Shown piece after piece: positions 1-12,287 of a stretch of 64,000 bases of DNA. The position numbers and the translations under genes were made by a program. Numbering within the stretch: position 1 is the stretch's first letter; each line of letters begins with the position of its first letter. This stretch comes from Hormiphora californensis (lineage: Eukaryota; Animalia; Ctenophora), in NCBI GenBank assembly GCA_020137815.1, contig CM035354.1, forward strand, positions 8,680,001-8,744,000, in the 5' to 3' direction. The notes below the pieces were generated by a model, which ran no database searches, had not been told where the DNA came from, and saw nothing but the letters and a program-made list of their open reading frames with translations.

Positions 1-46
1 CGATGCTCACACAGGGATGCAGTGTTCTACAAGAGACCATACTAAG
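1..46 (+). CDS. Possible 3' part of an upstream exon (DAHTGMQCSTRDHTK)
   Basis: Open frame ends AAG|GTACAG in phase 0, which matches the exon at 672; weak support. Confidence 0.35.
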
Positions 47-220
47 GTACAGTGACCTCTTGTAGGAACTGTTACGGAGAAAATAGCATGTTCTACGTAA
101 AAGATTAAAACTCTTGGTCATGCTGTCCGCTATGTATAACTGACCGAGTTTCATCTAAATCGGGGCTGTTCTCTCTCATTTTAATAAGTTTGTAAAATTA
201 CTTGTATTGTTCATACTTTG

Positions 221-406
221 CACAGGATAAGTATCGGATAATTGTTTATGAGCCGCATGATAATTGTTTGTTGGGATGATATCTCCTTCCGGCTTGATCA
301 ATCAGGGACAAAATGAAAAACGGTGTTTTTCATTTTTCACCGTTTTTCATTTTTCATTTTGTCCCTGATTGATCAAGCCGGAAGGAGATATCATCCCAAC
401 AAACAA
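221..406. mobile_element. Tail + hairpin insertion with 13-bp target duplication
   Basis: TGTTCATACTTTG at 208-220 and 407-419; palindrome 263-407. Confidence 0.7.
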
Positions 407-671
407 TGTTCATACTTTGATCAATTGATATCATCACAATAAACTAGATCACAGCTGCTGTGGCTGAAGGTGGCAAACTCATCACCTCTCTGTAGCCCAA
501 ATACTATATAATCCATTGCCTCCAACCAACGTATTGGAATTATATGGAATTAGATCACAGCCTTGCATCGCTGCCAGCGTTGTAGCACGGGAGGCCGGGG
601 AAGGCTGATATTGCCACCGATCTATCCCATTATGATATCCATGTCTCTCACCCTCACACCCCTCTCCTCAG

Positions 672-855
672 ATCGCAGCATCAGGATCTTCCCGGAGAAG
701 ACGAGATATATTGGACAGCGATGTACTGTCGGTTGACTTTGAGTTGTTAGAACTGATGAGCTCTCAGAAGGTGCCGAGAAGAAATAAAAGAGCAAGTTCA
801 GGAGAAGTAGTTACTGAATGTAACGATGGGTCTGTTTTACTAGATGGAGAATGCA
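672..855 (+). CDS. Exon 1: linker with two furin-type sites (RRRR, RNKR) leading into Cys-rich repeat
   Basis: CAG|ATC acceptor, A|GTGAG donor; IAASGSSRRRRDILD...RRNKRASSGEVVTECNDG...DGEC. Confidence 0.8.
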
Positions 856-965
856 GTGAGTATTATTCCAAACTCCGACATGTTTTACTAGTGGTTTTAG
901 TGAATTCACCAAAACAGCTGTTAGACAATAAACTAGCATTATCCTTAACACATTTATGTTTTCAG

Positions 966-1121
966 CGGAGTGTTCGACAGGTACCTACGCCTCGGGAGGT
1001 GTCTGTGTACCCTGCCCCCAGGGCACCTACCAAGACGACAGTGGACAGACAAGCTGTGTGAGCTGTGATTCTGGGAAATCCACCCTTTCCATCGGTTCAA
1101 CCTCTAGTTCCCTCTGCCAAG
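966..1121 (+). CDS. Exon 2: ephrin-receptor-like Cys-rich repeat
   Basis: CVPCPQGTYQDDSGQTSCVSCDSGKSTLSIGSTSSSLC; phase 1-1. Confidence 0.9.
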
Positions 1122-1226
1122 GTTTGATTGTTGTTTTAACTCAGAACTCACCCGAAATTTAAAATGGGTCGCTATACTAAAATGTAAATGTATGCTTCTT
1201 TGAACTAACTCAATGAATTTGATCAG

Positions 1227-1391
1227 TGCTGTGTACGGTTCCCGAGATTGGTTACGGCTCTACCTCTCCTGATACTGGCTACCAAATCACTAGCGGTGGA
1301 TCAGTAACAGTGACTTGTGATACTGGTTACAAGACCAACAACCAAAACAGTTACACCACGGCTTGCGATTCATCTTTAGATTCTTGCTCAA
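1227..1391 (+). CDS. Exon 3: Sushi/CCP-like domain (not in ORF track)
   Basis: LCTVPEIGYGSTSP...VTVTCDTGYK...ACDSSLDSC; CAG| and |GTATGT; phase 1-1. Confidence 0.85.
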
Positions 1392-1469
1392 GTATGTTTT
1401 AATTGATTGAAGTTGTTGGTTTACTATTCACTTTTTGAGTGGTAATTAACCGCTTGTTTATGACTGCAG

Positions 1470-1882
1470 AGGTAACCACAACGACAGAGAGCAGCTTCGT
1501 GATAACTGGCACGACGGGGACTGTAACCTGCGAAATAATGTCAGCAGATACTCCCACTGGGTGCACCTGGTATAAGGATGGTTCTACTGTCTCGGGCGGG
1601 GGAGACATAACTCTGGGCTCTGTCTCATCTTCTGGAGACCTTCACTACTTTGAACTTACTATTGACAACTTTGACAGTGGAGATACGGGAGTTTACCAGT
1701 GTAGGGCTACTATAAATGGTTATAGTGAGCTTCCGACCACCACTGTAACTTTGGAAATTCTGGAAGTGACGATACCTGATACATCTGATTTAGTAGTGGA
1801 CGGAGGTGACGGTATCACCTTCACGTGCACCGTCTCGAACCCGGCAGATCTGGACTTCCCCGCTATGGTCACCTGGGAAAAG
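1470..1882 (+). CDS. Exon 4: Ig domain 1 and first half of Ig 2
   Basis: VTC...WYKDG...DTGVYQC; donor AAG|GTAAAT. Confidence 0.92.
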
Positions 1883-2187
1883 GTAAATATTTTTTGTAGA
1901 TAGTTGGGTGGTCTATGTCAATATTATCCCATCGTGGAGTTCAGGAAAAGAACACGATCTCCACTAGGTCAGAGGTCTCCATGTGTACTGTGTAGTCTTC
2001 TTCTTTGAGCCTGTCTCCATGTTGGTAACGAAACTACCTCGCAACGCATGATAGGGGTGACTTCGTAACCTAGTATCCATGTATAACCTAGTATCCATGT
2101 ATAGTACAGTATGACTATACTTGTACAGGTTAACCCTTGTAACTTTAAATTCTCTCACTACTTTACTTCTAACTAGCATTATCGTAG

Positions 2188-2356
2188 GTTGGCAAGGAGA
2201 CACTGACCTCTCAAGAGTTGGTTCTAGATGACCCGGGCAGCATGACATATACGATAGCAAGTGTGTCAGAGTTGGACAGGGCTAGTTATGGATGCACTGC
2301 CACTTACCAAAATATTGGTGTCATCTCATCCGAATCTAGGGAGCTAATTGTACAGG
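2188..2356 (+). CDS. Exon 5: second half of Ig 2
   Basis: VGKETL...DRASYGCTATY; phase 0-1. Confidence 0.88.
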
Positions 2357-2875
2357 GTAGGTCTATACCTCTATCAGGAAAGGTGTGCGGACTCTAGTGC
2401 TTAAATCACGAAAAGCTGTGCCTTTATACTCATTTAGAAGTGTTAGGGCCGTTATTTGGGTTCGAGGTTAGGGTTAGGGTTAGATATAGAGTCCTCCTTG
2501 GGTTTAGATATAGAGTCCGCCTACCATCAAGAAAATTTTGTTGCCATGGGGTTTTACATTTTAATTACACACCTCACCTGTATATGACATCACTCACTCA
2601 AGCACACGGTGACTAGACAAAGAAAACGTGAAAAGGAAGTTTAACGAAGTCATCTTATAGCATGCATCTACAACAACTGCCCCTCTCCGATTGTACGTTC
2701 TTTTCCCACCGCCATTGAGTCCAACATTTTGAACGGTAGCCAATTCTTAAAACAACTCCAATTAATCAGAAACACGTCAAAGGAAGTGCTTCAGCGCTCA
2801 AACAGAGATTTGAGATAACTTTCAATACAACACTCCCTTCAGTCTTGATGTTTGATTTTTGTTCTCTTCACACAG

Positions 2876-3001
2876 AATTGACGACCCCACTGACGTATTC
2901 ATACACTGTTGCCACCTCTATGGCTTTGACGTTAACCTGTGTGATTGCGGGGAACTCAGCGGCAACCGCCTCCTGGGAGTATGATAGTACTACTGTGACA
3001 G
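2876..3001 (+). CDS. Exon 6: first half of Ig 3
   Basis: LTLTCVIAGNSAATASWEYD; donor after 3001 (alternative after 2994). Confidence 0.8.
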
Positions 3002-3047
3002 GTTATCTATACAGATTACAGACACCTCATAGTCAGAGGGCCGGGAT

Positions 3048-3048
<1 letters not shown>

Positions 3049-3096
<48 letters not shown>
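3049..3096. repeat. (AT)n microsatellite
   Basis: Seen directly. Confidence 0.95.
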
Positions 3097-3157
3097 TTGT
3101 GTATAATGTATATTAATCTTTGATCAATTGTTTATCAGCTAACATATTCCTATACAG

Positions 3158-3332
3158 ATGGTGTAGAGGGTAATATCACAACTACCACCACAACCAATTC
3201 AAGAGGATCAACTAGCGACCAGTAGCACCTTTTCACCTTCCAGTCCAGAACTTGGTTCAAAGAGTGTCAAATGTATTTTTCAACTAAACAGCGATACATT
3301 CACTTCTTCTTCCTCTATCACCTATATATCAG
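3158..3332 (+). CDS. Exon 7: second half of Ig 3; apparent +1 frameshift near 3199, or alternative acceptor at 3167
   Basis: QEDQLATSSTFSP...SVKCIFQLNSDTFTSSSSITYIS ends at G|GTACT in phase 1. Confidence 0.65.
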
Positions 3333-3639
3333 GTACTACTCATACATTACTCATACTATTAATATAACTACCACTATAATTTCCATTTTAAACGATCCCA
3401 AAGTCAGTTTAAACCCAAATAGTCGATCGACATAGAGTCTGATTTAAGGTAATGATTGAGGGAATGAGGGCCCCTAAATAGCACTTAGTGGTTTAACCCG
3501 GTTGATTTATAAATGGTGTAAGAAACCACAGTGTGATCTCGCTCAGTTTCATAGCTTGCGAATTGAGATCTGCATGTGTTGGAAATTCAAATTATGGATG
3601 ATTCATGTTATTTTTATACTGGGAGAGACAAAAGATGTA

Positions 3640-3710
3640 AAGAGAGAAGAAAGAGAGAAGAGAGACGAGAAAAAGAGAGAGAGAGGCAAAGAGAGAGAGA
3701 TCGAGACGAG

Positions 3711-3754
<44 letters not shown>

Positions 3755-3898
3755 GAGGAGCGAGAGAGCGAGAGAGAGAGAGAGAGAGAGAGAGCGGAAA
3801 AGAAGAGAGAGGTAGACGCTATCTACTATATCGTATATATAGGATACGATCGATAGCTGACTCGATCTCTCGCGAGTATCTCGCTCTCGCTATCTCTC

Positions 3899-3970
<72 letters not shown>
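3640..3970. repeat. (AG)n then (CT)n microsatellites in inverted arrangement
   Basis: Seen directly; source of the spurious RERE/SLSL ORFs. Confidence 0.9.
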
Positions 3971-3973
<3 letters not shown>

Positions 3974-4444
3974 AACAAGCACACGGCTAAGTCGTGCATG
4001 TGCGTCACGGTGCTTATGCGAAAGAAACTTTCCAGAGATGGTTACCTTTCTTCTTCTTCTCCTTGTAACAAATGTTTTCGGATCCTTTGTCCCTGATGAT
4101 ATTGATTTTGAAATTTGTGAACCCACTTGTATAAGTAAGTTAATGTCTGTACTCTGTTGATGGAATTGGCAAACTAGCCCTCATATGTTGAATTATAACG
4201 AATTATAAAGTTGTGACCAATTGAGAGAAGGCAAATCAGTAGGTGTTGTGGCAATGTGGCGGCTCGGGAACTTTATCGGCCTGGCGGTATTGGGTTCATC
4301 TGAGTTCCCCTCCCCTTACAGCTGTGCAACAACATGATTAACAAAAATTATCATGTCCACCCCCCCCCCCTGTTATGCGTATATTCGCATGGGATGTTAT
4401 TTAATAACACCTCAGCGTGCGATGTATAACTTGCTTCATTTCAG

Positions 4445-4565
4445 GCGCTGGATTTACAACTGACCCTACAACGACAAATGTAGAACAGGGTGAACAAGCC
4501 ACTTTATCCTGTATAGCAACATCTATTAATAGTAATACTGGAGATTCCGCAGATGGCATACAATG
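4445..4565 (+). CDS. Exon 8: first half of Ig 4
   Basis: GEQATLSC...IQW; Trp codon split TG|G. Confidence 0.88.
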
Positions 4566-4636
4566 GTTAGTAGTCTTTCTCCCCACCTACCACCACTAGA
4601 TTTCCCCTTTTGAGATACAGCTTCGGGTCAGTGATT

Positions 4637-4830
4637 GGGGGAAAACAGTCGTGCCTGAACCTCAGGTCAAGTACACGGCTATTTTTCACTGAGACCTGAG
4701 ATCTCAGGTTTCAGTGACGGCTATTCCCTGAAATTTAAGGCAATAGCCGTCACTGAAACCTGAGATCTCAGGTCTCAGTGAAAAATAGCCGTGTACTTGA
4801 CCTGAGGTTCAGGCACGACTGTTTTCCCCC
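4637..4830. mobile_element. Palindromic MITE with GGGGGAAA termini and 3-bp TSD (Harbinger-like)
   Basis: About 89-bp perfect arms; ATT on both flanks. Confidence 0.7.
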
Positions 4831-6407
4831 ATTCTATGACTATCAATAGTCATAGAACGAATTTGAAAATTTTGAATCAGAATATAGTGTATTCTGATTC
4901 AAAATTTCAATGATTTCAATCGCAATGAAAGTGAATTTTTGGAAATTGATATTTATCAAGTTAATTTCGTTCAAAATTATCTGAAAATCATTCTATCACT
5001 GTCCCAAAGCTGTACCATCGTTTTTAGGATGTGTAGAACGCACTCTATCGTTTTTAGTATGTGTAGAACGCACTCTATCGTTTTTACCATCGTTTTTAGG
5101 ATGTGTAGAACGCACTCATAGAGTGCGTTCTACACATCCTAAAAACGATGGTATCTCAAATATAACAGGCGCTAGAGGTCCAATGAAATGTGTAGATTTC
5201 ATGTAAGTTGGGCTTCACCCAGAAAAAAAATTGGCAAGATTACCTTATGAAACTTTATACTTGGATTATTCTATACCCTCATTCAAGATTCCTGGGGTTT
5301 TCGGAGCTTTAGCACCCTGGGAAGTGTATTTTTTCCCTGCCCGGGTGAATGCCGAAGGCATTCACCCGGATGCCTTTTTACTTTGTAAAAAGGCATAGCA
5401 GGGTTAGAATTCGAATTAGGGTTAGAATTCTGGGCTTCACCCAGAAAAAAATTGGCAAGATAACCTTATGAAACTTCATACTTGGATTATTCTATACCCT
5501 CATCCAAGATTCCTGGGGTTTTCGGAGCTTTAGCACTCTGGGAAGTGTATTTTTTCCCTGCCCGGGTGAATGCCTTCGCCCCAGTTTTGCTAGTAAATAA
5601 TAATAAAGATTTTGGCCACACGGCCAACTCGACATGTACTCTACGCAAATAATGTCTAGACTCACTTCCATGTCCCACTATAGTAATTTCAAAATGTTTA
5701 TATCGTTGGTGTCTGCATTAGGCAGGACACCCTTTGGCATTCACCCGGATGCCTTTTTACTTTGTAAAAGTCTGCATTAGGCAGGACACCCTTTGGCATT
5801 CACCCGGATGCCTTTTTACTTTGTAAAAGTAAGCTTATTAGGATGGTTAGGCAACATGAGACACGATTCGGGGAATAATCTAACTATATCTAATGCAAAT
5901 TTGCACGGAAATATGACACCCTATCGTCAATGTGACGACGTGATCCGTCAGTGTGACGACGTGATCCGTCAGTGTGACGACATGATCCGTCAGTGTGACG
6001 ACGTGATTCGTAGGTATCACGTATCACACGTGTTGAGAACTGCTTACGACTTGAGGGGTCACATCACATGTATAAAAGGGAGAGAAAGAGAGAAAAAAAG
6101 AGGAATCACATCACATAGCATATAGCAGACAGGCAGAGAGAAAAACATAGAAACAGACCGCTCGATTTGCGATCGGTACGATCGCCCCAGTTTTGCTAGT
6201 AAATAATAATAAAGATTTTGGCCACACGGCCAACTCGACATGTACTCTACGCAAATAATGTCTAGACTCACTTCCATGTCCCACTATAGTAATTTCAAAA
6301 TGTTTATATCGTTGGTGTCTGCATTAGGCAGGACACCCTTTGAACTTACTCAGTTTTATTGACTTCTCGTATTACTCCATATTTGTCTCAAAAAACTTCA
6401 CCACTGA

Positions 6408-6768
6408 CTATAGTGGTCCATTAGAAATACTATCCAGTGAACCACTATAACTGTTCATCAAATCATGCTTGAAATCTTGCTCTTGTTTCTTGAAACGACC
6501 AACGTTAACCACTTCCCAATCAACAATTTTCCATCGGTACTTTGGTAGCATTTCTATCCTGTACCGTAGAGTCTTCACAAGTTCTCGCATCTTTAGCCGT
6601 TGATGATGTCATATCCTTGGCAATGTAGATTCCAGGCACAGGGTAGTTCTTCAGTTTGTACGCATTAGCAAGGGCTTTTGATGCTTGTTTTACTGTGTTC
6701 ATTTGTACTCTAAGTACAATTTTCCCGTTGCAGTCCTCACCTCTGTCCCTGACCATTTCCGTGTTCAT
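6408..6768 (-). pseudogene. Frameshifted non-LTR retrotransposon ORF1 C-terminal fragment
   Basis: KLKNYPVPGIYIAKDMT / MRELVKTLR resembles the YIAPDRT..ERRALV motif of the ORF at 14.4-15.3 kb. Confidence 0.6.
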
Positions 6769-7143
6769 TAAATATCAATCGTTTCTTTGTTTTTCCAGTA
6801 ACGATACATGGAAAATGAAGATATTTGTGAGTAGACAAGGAATACACTTGGTGACATAGACACCTGGCGCGACCGAGATTGAGCTCACACACAGTGTGCG
6901 GGGGTCGCGCCAGGTGTCTATGTCACCAAGGAATTTTTTTATCATGGAAAAATTAGAACGTTATATACAATAAATAAATATCAATAAATAAAACCGCACG
7001 TCCCGGGCTCCACTTGGTCACATTGATACCTGAGTGAGATCGACGTCGCGTGCGACTGAGATCGATCTCACATACAGGTCTCTGCCCCGTTATTGATTTT
7101 AGAGCAAACTTTTTCAAAGACCTGGCTGCAAGGAACTACTGAA

Positions 7144-8786
7144 GGGGGGGGGGGTGACACGTAACACTTTGTAACATAGTGTTACAAAGTGTTACATAGT
7201 GTTACAAAGTGTTACAAAGTGTTACAAAGTGTTACATAGCGTTACAAAGTGTTACATAGTGTCACAAAGTGTTAAAAATTGTTACAAAGTGTTACAAATT
7301 GTTACAAAATGTTTACAAACACACAAGGATTTGTAGCGAAGCAAATTTTCAATCTTTGACCAAAAAAATTGATTTTGGAAAAATTTTATTTCTTTTTCCA
7401 ACAGAAACGTTGTATATCATCTTAGGAAAGAGGTAAATGTTAACCAGATCTGTGAGAATTTCGCACGTTTTTGCCCATAACTCAGCCATTTCTTGACCAA
7501 TTTGCAAACTCTTTGGCTCATTGGAAAGAGGACATTGAGTTCTTTCAAATGAGCCCAATAAAACCAAAATCGGCGCAAAATGCGCGGCGTCATGGCGCAA
7601 AATGCGCGTTTTCGCCACTACGCCGCGCAATTTGCGCCAATTTTCATTTTCTTGAGCTCATTTGAGAGATCTCAATGTCCTCTTTCCAATGAGCCAAAGA
7701 TTTTGCAAATTGGTCATGAAACGGCTGAGTTATGGGCAAAAACGTGCGAAATTCTCACAGATCTGGTTAACATTTACCGCCTACCTGAAAAAAAACGTGT
7801 GTTAACGATTGGGTCACAACTCACAGGTGACTCAGCACATTGGGGGCCTCTGAGAGGCACAATACTCACTCTAAAAACTTTACCGTTGTCTAAAGTTCAT
7901 ATTTTTCTTTACCAAATGGACTATTTCAGCCCTGATTTCCACAGTCGATGACATCGGAGGCTCAAAACATCCGCAAATTAGTAAAAAAGTGTATGTTTTA
8001 AATAAATGATTTAAAACTTTTAGATGTGTTCTAGAAAGACACCAAAGTCGTTCAAATTACTTATTCACCAACCGTCTTATATATTTTGTAAATATTTTGT
8101 AACAATTTGTAACACTTTGTGCCACTATGTAACACTTTGTGACACTTTGTAACACTGGGGGGCCTGCCGCAAAAATCTCAGCTACCCTCTTTTCGGCCGA
8201 TGAGATTTTTGAGATTTTAGGGAAAATTTGCTCAATTTTGTTTGAGATTTTTGAGTTTTTTGTGGTAAATTGGCACAATTTTGGCTGCCAATACTCAGTT
8301 TTTCGACATATTTTTTAGCTTAAATCTGAATCATAATAGCAGTTTAGTAATTTAAATAGGTAGATTTCATGTTTTAGCTTCACATTAACTTTTGTACTAG
8401 AACACAAGGATTGTTTCTATTCAGAATTTTGATTTTTGGTAGAAAAACACAAAGATTGTTTCTATTCCAAATTTTCGAATGGAAATTTTTCCTTTCTATG
8501 AGATTTTTGAGAAAAATTTGCGGGTTTTCCCCGAAAAATCGCAGATTTGCCTCAAAAATCCCACGTTTTTTAGCCAAAAATCGAAAATCTCAAAAATCCC
8601 AGCTACCCTGAAAATCGCCAATGAGGCATGAGATTCTTGCGGCAGGCCCCCCCCCCAACACTATGTAACACTTTGTAACACTATGTAACACTTTGTAACA
8701 CTATGTAACACTTTGTAACATGTGCAGAAAACTTTTTGTGTACATTACAAAGTGTTACAAAGTGTTACGTGTCACCCCCCCCCCCC
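7144..8786. mobile_element. TIR element with poly-G termini and GTAACACTTT subterminal repeats; 7-8 bp TSD; contains nested MITEs at 7432-7778 and 8157-8656
   Basis: (C)TACTGAA duplicated; empty site in the host-family copy near 41035. Confidence 0.8.
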
Positions 8787-10442
8787 CTACTGAACCGATT
8801 TGCATCTCGTTTCTTTCCCCTGGCAGATAATTGTCTCTAGTTTTACGGAAAATACCCGCGAGTATCAGCATTTGAGGAATAGTGGGTCAAAATTGACGCT
8901 AAACATGGGCAATTCTTTAAAGACCTGGCTGCAAGCTCCTACTCAGTCCTGGGACAATCTGCGGGTACTGGGTGAATCGTCATGGCCTTGTGAGCATGGG
9001 AAAATACCCGCCGATTCATCACGATGCGAAATGAGGCGGTAATTGACGTTTGAGTAGTGCTAGGTCAGCTAAAAAGGTCTCCCAAAACAGTTTGTGGCGC
9101 AGGATTTGCTGAAAAACGTGCTTTACATCGCGCGCACGTGATTTCTTGCTGTCCACAGGGCGGGAGCCTATTCTTCGCGGAGCGAGAATAGGTTGCAATG
9201 GAGCCAAGGGCTCCACCAACATGGAGATAGTCCACTATAACAGGTGGCACCCAGAGTATAAATATATGTTAAAAATGTTCTTAATTAAACCTATAAAACA
9301 GTTCTCAACTCTCAACCCTTCACTGCATGCTGGTAGAAGAATATAACGGTGCGCTGAAGAGGAGGGAGGTGGGCTGATGGTAGCGTCCGTGGCAGGAGAG
9401 CTGGAGTAGTGTGTCTGTAGTGGCTGAGAGAGTTAAGGGGGAGAATAGGCGAGAATACACCAATTTTAAAAGAATAAAACTAAAAACATGACACAAATCA
9501 AATAACTTGTCCACATTTAGTTGCTCTGTACAGCTCTGTTGAAAGGCTCTCCAGTTTGGCGAATTTTGTGGCAGGTTCGTTCATCCGATCGTGTGTGGTG
9601 ATTGGTGTCGGGGAAGAGTGTGCAGAGCCGTCCAATGGGCCTGTTAACTTTCTTGTAAGTTCACTTCCTCATTATCAGGTAGGAGCGATATACTGTACTT
9701 GGATACCGTCGTATCAGTTCAGATTGTATGCGGTTCCGCCGCTTATGAGGTAAACCGAATCGTGAGCACCGATACGGGATACTGCTCACGATTCGGTGTA
9801 CCTCATTAGCAGCGGAACCTCTTACAACATCAACCGATACGAGATACTGGTCACGATTCAGTGTACCTCATGACGATACGTGATACCTCAAGTGCAATGG
9901 TAATCGGTCTGTTTGATAATCGGATCGACGGATCATATGGTGTGGTAATCGGTTCGTGTGGCAGGGTGATAGGATCATATGGTGGGGTAATCGGTTCGTA
10001 TTGTACTTTAATTGTTGGACAGGGCAACTAAATGTGGACAAGTTATTTGATTTGTTTTTTTTTTTTAATTTTATTCTCTTGAAATTGGTGTATTACAAAT
10101 ATCTTCATTTTCCATGTATCGTTACTAGAAAAACTAAGAAAACCTTCCCCGAATCGTGTCTCATGTCGCCTAACCATCCTAATAAGCTTTACCCAATCAT
10201 GTTCCATAACCCTGAATCGTATCTCATAACGTATCTCGTCCCTGAATCGTATCTCATAACCATCACCCTATTCCCAATTTGAAACACTACCAAAATTTTT
10301 GTTAGTGACGTCACTAACAAAAACCACTAACAAAAATTTTGTAAGTGCCGGCCATTCCATCCAAAAAAATTCTACAGCCGTTTGAAATTTGGGACATCTT
10401 TTAGTTTTCACCCGTTTGTTCTCATTACACTGTAAAATACAG

Positions 10443-10627
10443 GTACAAGGTGTATGGTGGATCGACCACTGAAATCACATCAGGCACCTCCTTCTCCAAC
10501 ACTAATCAAGCTCTGTCCACCCTGACTTTCGCGACAACCCAGTTTACCGACAAGGGAACCTACTATTGTATCGTCACCTATGGATCAGACAGCTTTAACA
10601 GCCAAACTGCAGTACTTTATGTAAGAG
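10443..10627 (+). CDS. Exon 9: second half of Ig 4
   Basis: WYKVYGG...DKGTYYC; G|GTATGT. Confidence 0.9.
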
Positions 10628-10728
10628 GTATGTGTGGTCTAAACAACTCCCCCTATCAAGTTTCAACTGCGTTTTCAAGTTTCAACCTGCGTACAGTGCA
10701 AGGGAACTAAATCACGTAATATCTGCAG

Positions 10729-10863
10729 GTATAGAGACTCCCCCGGAGAGTCAGACACCTGAGGTTGGTGAAGATACTTCATTCACCTGTCTAACCAGTG
10801 GAGGACAGGGTAATGTGGAGTTTTTAGTTTCCCGAACTGACACTTCTGATGCTCTAACAGCAA
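10729..10863 (+). CDS. Exon 10: first half of Ig 5
   Basis: IETPPESQTPEVGEDTSFTC; A|GTAAGC. Confidence 0.88.
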
Positions 10864-11088
10864 GTAAGCCATATGTTATTGGAATAAATGTACTATGAAC
10901 TTTTGTAGCTTGGCGGGTTATACAGTTGGCTGTTTGAGCTTGCGAAAGATGTGGGGCAATTAAAATGACCCCCTCCCCCCAAGTCTACCATAGTTCCAGA
11001 TATCGTGGAGCGCTAAAATTTGGTAAAGTAACTCTATGAGACAAATAAATAACTTGACCAAAATTTCAGACCTCTAGCTCAAAATTCA

Positions 11089-11737
11089 TTTTTTCCCTGC
11101 CCGGGTGAATGCCCTCCGGGCATTCACCCGGGATGATGTTTTTAGCACGCACGTGCTAAAAAGATCATTCAGGGTTTAGAAATCAGCAGATCGTGGATTT
11201 AACTAAATGTCCGTCCGTCTGTCCGTCCACCGTTACGCATATAATAGTAACAAAGTCTGCTCCTTCATAAAACTTTCAGCTCACACTTTGTTGATGCAAC
11301 AAAGGAAATGATTAACACGCATTGTGGCGCGCAATTACTCACTCATAACACTTCCTACTTTCACCTGAAATCACTTTGAGTACCCTACAGCCGTACCATG
11401 ACGTGGTAGCAAGTCTTCTAAGCATGAAACTACTATCACACAATATTTTATTGTAAGTGACTGGAGATGAGGGTAATACAAAGTTGAAGCACTTGGTAAC
11501 CAACTAGGGTCTCCTAAGTAACTGTCTTGGTTATCATAGCAACTGCCTTGGTAACCATAGCAACTGCTTTGAATACCATAGCAACCACCCTGGATACCAT
11601 AGCAACTAACATCGTATCAGCCAAAAATGTGCAAAATTCATCGGGAAATCCAGTTTTGAAGCTTAGTCATCAATTTTAAACCCATCTGGAGCAGGGAAAC
11701 ACCGCATTATGAATATATAATGCAATAATTCTTGTTT
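11089..11737 (+). mobile_element. Helentron-associated (HINE/DINE-1-like) element
   Basis: 5' TTTTCCCTGC + hairpin, (GTCC)n microsatellite, 3' GCAGGGAAA subTIR + GCATTAT..ATAATGC stem-loop, T-rich flanks. Confidence 0.75.
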
Positions 11738-12287
11738 TTGATAGGAATGAACATGGTCATTCATTCCAGAAAAAAATTATTTTCGGGTCCAAAATGTAAC
11801 CAATTATGTTTGTCTATCGATTAGCTTTCCAATGTGTCCAAGATCAGTTAAATTGGACAACCACAGGAGACACAGTGTCATGTTTCTTAAAGTTAGTCAG
11901 GTCATGTGATCCTCGCCGAATCGTTCATGAGTGTTCAGTATTGCGAATCGATTTAAGTGGTAGAGAATCACGTATCACGGCCGCTAATGAGGGATGACGA
12001 TGCTGATTGGTTATGAGATCTGTAGCTCTTTAATAAATGTCCTCTTTGCTCGAATCACATCACCCTGTATTGGTACACCTCATTAGTGGCCGTGATACGA
12101 GATTCCCTTGGCCCGATTAGCAATACCGAATCTCTCCATGATTCAGTGAGGATCACATGACCTTACTAACTTTAAGTAACATGACACTGTGTCTCGTGTG
12201 GTTGTCCAATTTAGCTGATCTTGGTCACATTTGCATTGGAAAGCTAATCGATAGCCAACCATAATTAGTTAAATGTTGGACCGGAAA

